Origin: an uncultured Bacteroidales bacterium | Lineage (GTDB): Bacteria; Bacteroidota; Bacteroidia; Bacteroidales; JAGOPY01 | DNA: 64,000 nucleotides | Assembly (NCBI GenBank): GCA_964567785.1 | Contig: CAZMOK010000009.1 | Location: 224 to 64,223 of the forward strand | Reading direction: 5' to 3' | Shown: positions 17,489 to 24,904 of the stretch, in pieces | Position numbering within the stretch: position 1 is the stretch's first letter | How the letters are laid out: each line of letters opens with the position of its first letter | Program-made: the position numbers and the translations under genes | Notes under the pieces: model-generated | What the model was told of the DNA's origin: nothing | The model's input: the letters and a program-made list of their open reading frames with translations, nothing else | The model's database searches: none

Positions 17489-20080
17489 ATGAACTTTAAC
17501 AACTTCACAATAAAATCGCAGGAGGCCGTTCAACGGGCTCAGCAGATAGCTGCTTCAAATGAACAGCAGTCGATCGAGACCTCTCATCTGCTTAAAGGTA
17601 TGCTTGAGGTGGATGAGAATGTTGTGCCATTCCTGCTGAAAAAGCTGGATGTCAATATGCCCGTCTTCAACCAGGCACTTGGCAGGATCGCATCATCCTA
17701 TCCTAAGGTTACCGGCGGTGAGCAATACTTGTCGTCTGATGCAAACCAGGCTTTGCAAAAGGCATCGCGTTACCTGAAGGAATTCAAAGACCAGTTCGTA
17801 TCGATCGAGCATATCCTGCTGGGGATAATGGACGGGAAGGATGAAACGGCGCGCTTGCTGAAGGATAATGGTATTACAGAGAAAAACCTGAAAGCCGCCG
17901 TACATGAATTAAGAAAAGGTTCCTCGGTGAACAGCCAGACTGCGGAAGAGACATATAATGCACTGAACCGTTATGCCAGGAACCTGAACCAGCTTGCAAG
18001 GGAAGGGAAGCTCGACCCGGTGATAGGCCGCGATGATGAAATACGCAGGATACTGCAGATCTTGTCTCGCAGGACAAAAAACAATCCGATCCTGATAGGG
18101 GAGCCCGGAACAGGTAAAACTGCCATTGCCGAAGGCCTTGCACACAGGATCATCAACGGCGATGTGCCTGAAAACCTTAAAACGAAGCAAATCTACTCTC
18201 TCGATATGGGCGCACTTATAGCCGGTGCAAAATATAAGGGTGAATTCGAGGAAAGATTGAAAAGCGTAGTTAAGGAAGTGGTAGGTTCCGACGGTGAAAT
18301 TGTGCTTTTCATCGATGAGATCCATACATTGGTTGGTGCAGGCGCCTCGGAGGGGGCCATGGATGCTGCAAATATTCTTAAGCCAGCCCTTTCGCGCGGC
18401 GAGCTTCGTGCAATAGGGGCAACCACCTTAAAAGAATACCAGAAGTATTTTGAGAAGGACAAAGCCCTTGAAAGAAGGTTCCAGATAGTCATGGTTGATG
18501 AGCCTGATGAAGCGGATGCTGTTTCCATTCTCAGGGGATTGAAGGAAAGATATGAAACACACCATCATGTAAGGATCAAAGACGAGGCAATCATTGCGGC
18601 AGTCGAACTGTCTCACCGCTATATTTCCGACAGGTTTCTGCCCGATAAGGCCATTGACCTGATCGACGAGGCAGCTTCAAAGCTTAGGCTCGAGATCAAT
18701 TCACTGCCCGAGGACCTCGAAGTGACCGAACGCCGGATCAGGCAGCTAGAGATCGAAAGGGAGGCCATAAGGCGTGAAAAGGACAAAGAAAAAGAAAAGT
18801 CGCTTGACGAAGAGATCGCGAACCTCAACGATGAAAGGAACAGGCTCAGGGCCAAATGGAATGCGGAAAAAGAGATCGTCGACAAGATCCAGGAGACCAA
18901 ATCACAGATTGAGGAATTGAAGCTCCAGGCTGAAAGAGCCGAACGGGAAGGCGATTTCGGTAAAGTTGCCGAGCTAAGGTATGGAAAGATCAAGCAGTCG
19001 GAAGAGCTGCTTATTGAATTAAAGAATACGCTTGACCGGGAGCAGGGTGATCATCCTATGATCAACGAGGAGGTTGGAAGCGAAGAGATCGCTGAGATCG
19101 TTTCAAGGTGGACAGGTATCCCTGTGAGCAAGATGCTTCAAAGTGAAAGGGAGAAGCTACTCAATCTTGAAAGTGAGTTACATAAAAGAGTTGTGGGACA
19201 AGACGAGGCCATCACCGCCCTTTCCGATGCAATAAGAAGAAGCAGGGCAGGGCTTCAGGATGTCCGAAGGCCCATAGGTTCATTCATTTTCCTTGGTACA
19301 ACCGGTGTTGGTAAGACAGAGCTTGCTAAAGCCCTGGCCGAATTTCTCTTTAATGATGAGAATGCCATGGTAAGGATCGATATGTCGGAATACCAGGAAC
19401 GCCATACAGTTTCAAGACTGATCGGAGCGCCTCCCGGATATGTTGGGTATGATGAAAGCGGCCAGCTCAGTGAAGCTGTAAGAAGAAAACCATACAGTGT
19501 TGTTCTGCTGGATGAGATCGAGAAAGCCCACCCCGATATCTTCAATATTTTGCTGCAGGTTCTGGATGATGGCAGGCTTACGGATAATAAGGGAAGGGTG
19601 GTCGATTTCAAGAATACCATTATCATCATGACCTCAAACCTCGGTTCACATATTATCCAGGAAAAGCTGGGCGGCTCGAAGGGTAAGAGCCAGGAGGCTG
19701 TTTTTGATGAAACAAGGAACGAAGTATTCCAGTTGTTAAGGAAGACCATTCGCCCCGAATTCCTTAACAGGATTGATGAGATCATTATGTTCAAGCCGCT
19801 GACCGGCGACGAAATTAAGGATGTTGTAAGACTTCAGGTTAATCAGGTTCAGCAGCTTATGAAGAAAAACGGGTTGAATCTCGAAGTCTCTGATGAGGCC
19901 GTTGAACTTGTTTCCGAACAGGGATTTGATCCGCAGTTTGGGGCAAGGCCCGTAAAAAGGGTGATCCAGAGAAACATACTGAATGAGCTGTCGAAGATGA
20001 TCCTCGGGGGTAAGATAAACAGCGAGGAAACAATTCTGATAGATGCTAAGGAGGGGAGGCTTTCTTTTAAGAACAAATAA
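17489..20080 (+). CDS. clpB: ATP-dependent chaperone ClpB
   Basis: 863 aa with a Clp-N domain and two AAA+ modules (GEPGTGKTAIAEGLA; GTTGVGKTELAKALA). A long coiled-coil middle domain and the tail GARPVKRVIQ complete the architecture. Confidence 0.97.
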   Translation: MNFNNFTIKSQEAVQRAQQIAASNEQQSIETSHLLKGMLEVDENVVPFLLKKLDVNMPVFNQALGRIASSYPKVTGGEQYLSSDANQALQKASRYLKEFKDQFVSIEHILLGIMDGKDETARLLKDNGITEKNLKAAVHELRKGSSVNSQTAEETYNALNRYARNLNQLAREGKLDPVIGRDDEIRRILQILSRRTKNNPILIGEPGTGKTAIAEGLAHRIINGDVPENLKTKQIYSLDMGALIAGAKYKGEFEERLKSVVKEVVGSDGEIVLFIDEIHTLVGAGASEGAMDAANILKPALSRGELRAIGATTLKEYQKYFEKDKALERRFQIVMVDEPDEADAVSILRGLKERYETHHHVRIKDEAIIAAVELSHRYISDRFLPDKAIDLIDEAASKLRLEINSLPEDLEVTERRIRQLEIEREAIRREKDKEKEKSLDEEIANLNDERNRLRAKWNAEKEIVDKIQETKSQIEELKLQAERAEREGDFGKVAELRYGKIKQSEELLIELKNTLDREQGDHPMINEEVGSEEIAEIVSRWTGIPVSKMLQSEREKLLNLESELHKRVVGQDEAITALSDAIRRSRAGLQDVRRPIGSFIFLGTTGVGKTELAKALAEFLFNDENAMVRIDMSEYQERHTVSRLIGAPPGYVGYDESGQLSEAVRRKPYSVVLLDEIEKAHPDIFNILLQVLDDGRLTDNKGRVVDFKNTIIIMTSNLGSHIIQEKLGGSKGKSQEAVFDETRNEVFQLLRKTIRPEFLNRIDEIIMFKPLTGDEIKDVVRLQVNQVQQLMKKNGLNLEVSDEAVELVSEQGFDPQFGARPVKRVIQRNILNELSKMILGGKINSEETILIDAKEGRLSFKNK

Positions 20081-20086
20081 TTCAGG

Positions 20087-21184
20087 TTACACATTGAAAA
20101 GGATATGCAGCATATCGCCTTCCCTTACAATGTAATTCTTGCCCTCTACATGTAATTTGCCGGCATCCTTAACAGCCTGTTCGGATCCCAGTGAGATAAA
20201 ATCATCATATTTTATGACCTCCGCCCTGATGAAGCCCCTTTCAAGATCGCTGTGTATGGCCCCGGCAGCCTGCCGGGCAATCATGCCCTTTTTGATCGTC
20301 CAGGCCCTGGTCTCTTTAGGCCCGGTAGTGAAAAATGACTGGAGGTTGAGTATCTTGTACGCAGACCTGATCAGCTTGTTCACACCCGGCTCGACCAGGC
20401 CTGCATCGGCCAGGAACTCCTTCCTGTCTTCCTCGCTGTCGAGCTCAGCGATCTCCGCCTCGAGCTGGCCGGCAATGATCAGCACCTCTGAATTTTCTGA
20501 TCTTACCGCCTCCTTCACCGCTTCAACGTATTTGTTTCCGCTGTTTGCCGAGGCATCGTCCACATTACAGACATAGATCACAGGCTTGTCGCTGAGCAGG
20601 AAGAGGTCGCCAAGGTTTTTTTTCTCATCTTCCGAAATATCGAACGTCCTTATAGGTTGCATGTTCTCAAGATGATCTTTAAAAGCCTGAAGGATGTCCA
20701 GTTCGTGTTTTATTGCTTTTTCTCCCGATTTAGCAGCCTTTTCGGTCCTTTCTATTTTCCGTTCCACCATCTCCAGGTCCTTTAACTGGAGCTCAAAATC
20801 CACTATCTCTTTATCTCTTACAGGGTCAACAGAACCTTCAATGTGAGAAAGATCATCATCATCAAAACACCTGAGTACGTGGATAAGGGCATCGGTTTGT
20901 TGTATGTCGTTAAGGAACACATTGCCAACCCCTTCACCATGGCTTGACCCTTTGGTAAGACCAGGTATATCAACAATATCAACTGTTGCGGGCACAACTT
21001 TGGCGCTTTTTGTGATCTTGTTGATCTCGTACAGCCTGGGATCGGGAACCTCGACCATACCTATATTCGACTTGCTGGCACTGAAGGCATAATTGCTTGC
21101 CTGTGCCTTAGTATTTGACATACAATTGAATATGGTCGTCTTGCCAATATTTGTGACCCCTACAATCCCACACTTTAATGCCAT
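20087..21184 (-). CDS. ychF: ribosome-binding ATPase YchF
   Basis: CGIVGVTNIGKTTIFN P-loop, a coiled-coil insert and a TGS-like C-terminus (RAWTIKKGMIARQAAGAIHSDLERGFIRAEV). Confidence 0.95.
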   Translation of the reverse strand: MALKCGIVGVTNIGKTTIFNCMSNTKAQASNYAFSASKSNIGMVEVPDPRLYEINKITKSAKVVPATVDIVDIPGLTKGSSHGEGVGNVFLNDIQQTDALIHVLRCFDDDDLSHIEGSVDPVRDKEIVDFELQLKDLEMVERKIERTEKAAKSGEKAIKHELDILQAFKDHLENMQPIRTFDISEDEKKNLGDLFLLSDKPVIYVCNVDDASANSGNKYVEAVKEAVRSENSEVLIIAGQLEAEIAELDSEEDRKEFLADAGLVEPGVNKLIRSAYKILNLQSFFTTGPKETRAWTIKKGMIARQAAGAIHSDLERGFIRAEVIKYDDFISLGSEQAVKDAGKLHVEGKNYIVREGDMLHILFNV

Positions 21185-21303
21185 ATTTTTCTTGCTCTGT
21201 TTTTAATTGAGTTTTGAATGATCTTTAATCGGGAACAAAATTACTGTATTTGTATCAGTCTAAAAATCAATAAAATTTATTTTTTAAATAGAGAATAGTT
21301 GTC

Positions 21304-21311
21304 TATCTTTG
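21304..21311 (+). promoter_or_regulatory. candidate -7 box TATCTTTG for rpsA
   Basis: Exact TAnnTTTG match 119 nt upstream of the rpsA ATG. Confidence 0.35.
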
Positions 21312-21324
21312 CACCCCGATTTTC

Positions 21325-21361
21325 AGCCGGGTTGTGTTTACCTGCGTCCACCCGGCTTTTG
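21325..21361 (+). promoter_or_regulatory. rpsA leader hairpin followed by a T run
   Basis: AGCCGGGT (21325-21332) pairs perfectly with ACCCGGCT (21350-21357), then TTTT. It lies between the candidate promoter and the rpsA start. Confidence 0.4.
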
Positions 21362-21429
21362 TAAATTGTTAAACCGGTTTTATCAATTGGCAGGCGCAGG
21401 ACAGGTGATAAAACACAGTAATTTTTTTA

Positions 21430-23883
21430 ATGTCTGATAAAGAAAAAGAGATCAACGAAGCGGCTGAGGAGAAGGAGATAAAGAATGAAGAGGCGAAGGA
21501 AGAGGAAAAGGCTGCTGAAGAAAAAGTTGATGATGTAAAAGAAGAGCAACCGGAAGCTGAGAAGAAGGAAGAAGCGCCAGAAGAACCGGCTGCTGAAGAA
21601 CCAAAAGAAGAGAAAACCGAAGCTCCTGAAGCCGAGGTTAAAGATCCTGCCAAAGAAGAAAAAGCCCAAACCGAGGATAAATCTGTAGAGGAAAAGCCTT
21701 CGGAAGAAGCCGGCGAAAAGGATACTGAAACTCCAGTGGAGGAAAAGAAGGAAGAAAAGCCTGCTGAATTCGATTGGGGTGCGCTTGGTAAAAAACAAGA
21801 TCAGTATTCACCTGAAGAACGTGAAAGATTAGAGGATATTTACGGACAGACACTGAGCTCAATTGCCGAACATGAGGTGATTGAGGGTACCATCGTTGCC
21901 ATGAACAACCGAGAGGTAGTGGTCAATATTGGTTATAAGTCTGATGGCGTGATACCTCTCAATGAGCTCAGGTATAAAGAAGACCTGAAAACCGGTGATA
22001 AGATAGATGTATATGTTGAAAGCCAGGAGGATACAGGTGGTCAACTTATCCTATCGCACAAGAAGGCCCGTATCCTGAAGTCGTGGGAGAGGGTAAACGA
22101 AGCTTACGACAAAGATGAAGTCATTAACGGATTTGTCAAGTCACGTACCAAGGGCGGTCTCATTGTCGATATTTTCGGAATAGAATCGTTCCTCCCGGGT
22201 TCACAGATAGATGTGAAACCCATCAGGGATTATGACGTATTTGTAGGAAAGTCGATGGAATTCAAGGTTGTGAAGATCAACCACGAATACAAGAATGTTG
22301 TTGTTTCACATAAGGCCCTTATCGAAGCAGAGCTTGAGCAGCAGAAAGCTGAGATCATGGCAAAGCTTGAGAAAGGACAGGTACTCGAAGGAAACGTCAA
22401 GAACATCACCTCTTATGGTGTTTTTGTCGACCTCGGCGGTGTTGACGGCCTTATTCATATTACAGACCTTTCATGGGGTCGTATTAATCATCCCGAAGAG
22501 ATCGTACAGCTTGATGAAAAGATCAAGGTGGTTATACTCGATTTTGATGATGCGAAGAAGAGGATCGCACTTGGGCTCAAGCAGCTTACCCCGCATCCGT
22601 GGGATTCGCTTGACGAAAAACTCCAGGTTGGCGACAAGGTAAAAGGAAAGGTAGTGGTAATAGCCGACTACGGCGCATTTGTTGAGATTGCACCGGGCGT
22701 TGAAGGCCTTATCCACGTTTCCGAAATGTCGTGGTCGCAACACCTTCGCACTGCACAGGACTTCCTGAAAGTGGGCGATGAAGTGGAGGCAGTTATCCTC
22801 ACACTCGACCGTGAAGAGAGGAAAATGTCGCTTGGCATGAAGCAGCTTATCCCCGATCCATGGGAAAACATCCTCGAAAAATATCCTGTCAACTCTAAGC
22901 ATACAGCTACTGTCAGGAATTTTACCAATTTTGGCATCTTTGTAGAGCTCGAAGAGGGCGTAGACGGGCTGATCCATATTTCAGACCTTTCCTGGTCGAA
23001 GAAGATCAAGCATCCTGCTGAATTTACCAAGATAGGTGAGGAGATAGAAGTGATAGTCCTTGAAGTGGATGTGGAAAACCGCAGGCTGAGCCTGGGCCAT
23101 AAACAGCTCGAAGAAAACCCATGGGATGTCTTTGAATCAGTATTCACGGTAGGATCTGTCCATTCAGGGACCGTGATCAATGTATCCGACAAGGGTATGG
23201 TCGTTTCGCTACCCTACGGTGTGGAAGGCTTTTTACCTAACCGTCACGCCACAAAGGAAGACGGAACTACCGTTAAAGCCGATGAAAAACTTGATTTTAA
23301 AGTGATCGAATTCTCAAAGGAAAATAAAAAGATCATTCTTTCTCACTCAAAGGTCTTCCAGGATGAGGTCAGATCAGAGAGGAGCAAAGCTGATACAAGG
23401 GGCAAGAAAGAGGGAAGGTCGACCAAGCGCGCTGTCAGAAAGATCCAGGAAGGACTTGAAAGAACAACTCTTGGTGACCTCGAAGGACTGGCCAAGCTGA
23501 AGTCAAGCCTTGAGGAGGAAGAAAAGGCCAAGGCTGGTGGCAAGAAGGAAGAGAAGAAAGCCGTGAAGACGGCAGCTCCGAAGGAAGAACCGAAAAAAGA
23601 GGAGAAGAAGGCCGAGGCAGGTAAAGAGGAGGTAAAGGAAGAAAAGAAAGAGGAGAAGAAAGAAGAAGCTAAGGCTGAAAAGAGTGAGGAGCCTAAAGAG
23701 GAGAAGAAGGAAGAAGTAAAAGATGAAAAGAAAGAGGGGCCTGAAGAAGAGAAAAAGGATGAAGTGAAGGCTGAAAAAAAGGAGGAGCCTGAAGAGGTGA
23801 AGAAGGAAGAGGTGAAGGATGAAAAGAAGGAAGAGACGAAAGATGAGAAAAAAGAAGAAGAAGATGATAAAAAGAAAGAATAA
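21430..23883 (+). CDS. rpsA: 30S ribosomal protein S1 with E/K-rich N- and C-terminal extensions
   Basis: The central ~580 aa is a run of S1/OB repeats (GTIVAMNNREVVVNIGYKSDGVIPLNE; GFVKSRTKGGLIVDIFGIESFLPGSQ; GNVKNITSYGVFVDLGGVDGLIHITDLSW, etc.). Low-complexity E/K/A/P tails flank it: about 110 aa at the N-terminus and about 120 aa at the C-terminus. Confidence 0.9.
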   Translation: MSDKEKEINEAAEEKEIKNEEAKEEEKAAEEKVDDVKEEQPEAEKKEEAPEEPAAEEPKEEKTEAPEAEVKDPAKEEKAQTEDKSVEEKPSEEAGEKDTETPVEEKKEEKPAEFDWGALGKKQDQYSPEERERLEDIYGQTLSSIAEHEVIEGTIVAMNNREVVVNIGYKSDGVIPLNELRYKEDLKTGDKIDVYVESQEDTGGQLILSHKKARILKSWERVNEAYDKDEVINGFVKSRTKGGLIVDIFGIESFLPGSQIDVKPIRDYDVFVGKSMEFKVVKINHEYKNVVVSHKALIEAELEQQKAEIMAKLEKGQVLEGNVKNITSYGVFVDLGGVDGLIHITDLSWGRINHPEEIVQLDEKIKVVILDFDDAKKRIALGLKQLTPHPWDSLDEKLQVGDKVKGKVVVIADYGAFVEIAPGVEGLIHVSEMSWSQHLRTAQDFLKVGDEVEAVILTLDREERKMSLGMKQLIPDPWENILEKYPVNSKHTATVRNFTNFGIFVELEEGVDGLIHISDLSWSKKIKHPAEFTKIGEEIEVIVLEVDVENRRLSLGHKQLEENPWDVFESVFTVGSVHSGTVINVSDKGMVVSLPYGVEGFLPNRHATKEDGTTVKADEKLDFKVIEFSKENKKIILSHSKVFQDEVRSERSKADTRGKKEGRSTKRAVRKIQEGLERTTLGDLEGLAKLKSSLEEEEKAKAGGKKEEKKAVKTAAPKEEPKKEEKKAEAGKEEVKEEKKEEKKEEAKAEKSEEPKEEKKEEVKDEKKEGPEEEKKDEVKAEKKEEPEEVKKEEVKDEKKEETKDEKKEEEDDKKKE

Positions 23884-23908
23884 TGACCTCCAGGTAGTAT
23901 AAATGCTG

Positions 23909-23937
23909 AAGGCCGGAATTTTTTCCGGCCTTTTTTT
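23909..23937 (+). terminator. intrinsic terminator after rpsA
   Basis: GGCCGGAA-TTTT-TTCCGGCC is a perfect 8-bp GC-rich stem, followed by T7. Confidence 0.8.
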
Positions 23938-23950
23938 GTATCTTGCTTCA

Positions 23951-24862
23951 ATGAAATTTTCCCTCACAATACTGGGAAGCAGCGCTGCAGTGCCGACAAA
24001 AAGAAGGAATCCCACATCCCAGCTTCTGAACATTCGCGATAAGCTTATCCTGGTCGATTGTGGTGAAGGCACCCAGTTGCAGCTTACACGGTTCGGAGTG
24101 CCAATCCAGAAGATATCCCATATTTTTATTTCACATATGCACGGCGATCACTATTATGGATTGCCGGGCCTGCTCAGCAAATTTCAATTACTTGGCAGGA
24201 AGAAAAAACTTGAGCTCTACGGTCCGCCGGGCCTGGAAGAGGTTTTGGAGGTGAATTTCAAATACAGCAACACAAAACTCGTGTATCCGCTGAATTTCCA
24301 TCCGCTGGAATTTGAAGTGAGCAGAGAAATATGCTCCAACAAGCAGTTCACAGTGACATCGATCCCCCTTTTGCACAGTATCCCAACAAACGGTTTCCTA
24401 TTCAGGGAAAAACCTTTGCAGAGGAATATCAGGAAAGAATTTGTTCGCAGGCATAACATCCCCATCCCGGAGTTTGAAAATATCAAGAAAGGTGACGACT
24501 ATGTTGACGAACTGGGCAAGGTACACCCCAATGAACAGATCACTCATGAACCGCCTGAACCGGGAAGCTATGCTTACTGCACGGATACAGCATTCAGTGA
24601 AAAAATACCAGGGTTGATCAAAGGGGTTGACCTGTTGTACCACGAAGCTACTTTTGACGAGAGAATGAAAGAGATAGCCCAACAAAAATTACATGCTACT
24701 GCTAAGGAAGCAGCAGAAATTGCGAGGAGAGCAGGGGCAGGAAAACTTCTGCTGGGTCATTTTTCTGCCCGGTACAAAGAGGTTGATCTCCTTGTGAGCC
24801 AGGCCAGGGAGATCTTTCCTGAATCATACGCAGCAGAAGATGGGGAGAGGTATGATATATGA
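23951..24862 (+). CDS. rnz: ribonuclease Z
   Basis: The start at 23951 gives MKFSLTILGSSAAVPT. The metallo-beta-lactamase motif HMHGDHYYGLPGLL and the C-terminal GHFSARY are present. Confidence 0.9.
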   Translation: MKFSLTILGSSAAVPTKRRNPTSQLLNIRDKLILVDCGEGTQLQLTRFGVPIQKISHIFISHMHGDHYYGLPGLLSKFQLLGRKKKLELYGPPGLEEVLEVNFKYSNTKLVYPLNFHPLEFEVSREICSNKQFTVTSIPLLHSIPTNGFLFREKPLQRNIRKEFVRRHNIPIPEFENIKKGDDYVDELGKVHPNEQITHEPPEPGSYAYCTDTAFSEKIPGLIKGVDLLYHEATFDERMKEIAQQKLHATAKEAAEIARRAGAGKLLLGHFSARYKEVDLLVSQAREIFPESYAAEDGERYDI

Positions 24863-24904
24863 GAAATTAACAATTAACAATTAACAATGAACAATTAATT
24901 CAGT
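24863..24904. repeat. six heptamers (ACAATTA family) filling a convergent gap exactly
   Basis: GAAATTA ACAATTA ACAATTA ACAATGA ACAATTA ATTCAGT, 42 nt in total, equal to the whole distance between the two stop codons. Confidence 0.7.

Noticed and set aside
21369-21862. Antisense ORFs (94, 123 and 74 aa) opposite the 5' end of rpsA
   Set aside because: They are serine/phenylalanine/leucine-rich mirror translations of the GAA/AAG-rich low-complexity S1 tail. The sense strand has a clear S1 identity.
23343-24072. Antisense ORFs of 202 and 189 aa opposite the rpsA 3' tail
   Set aside because: This is the same artefact: poly-S/F/L translation of the reverse complement of E/K codon repeats. They also run across the rpsA terminator and the rnz start.
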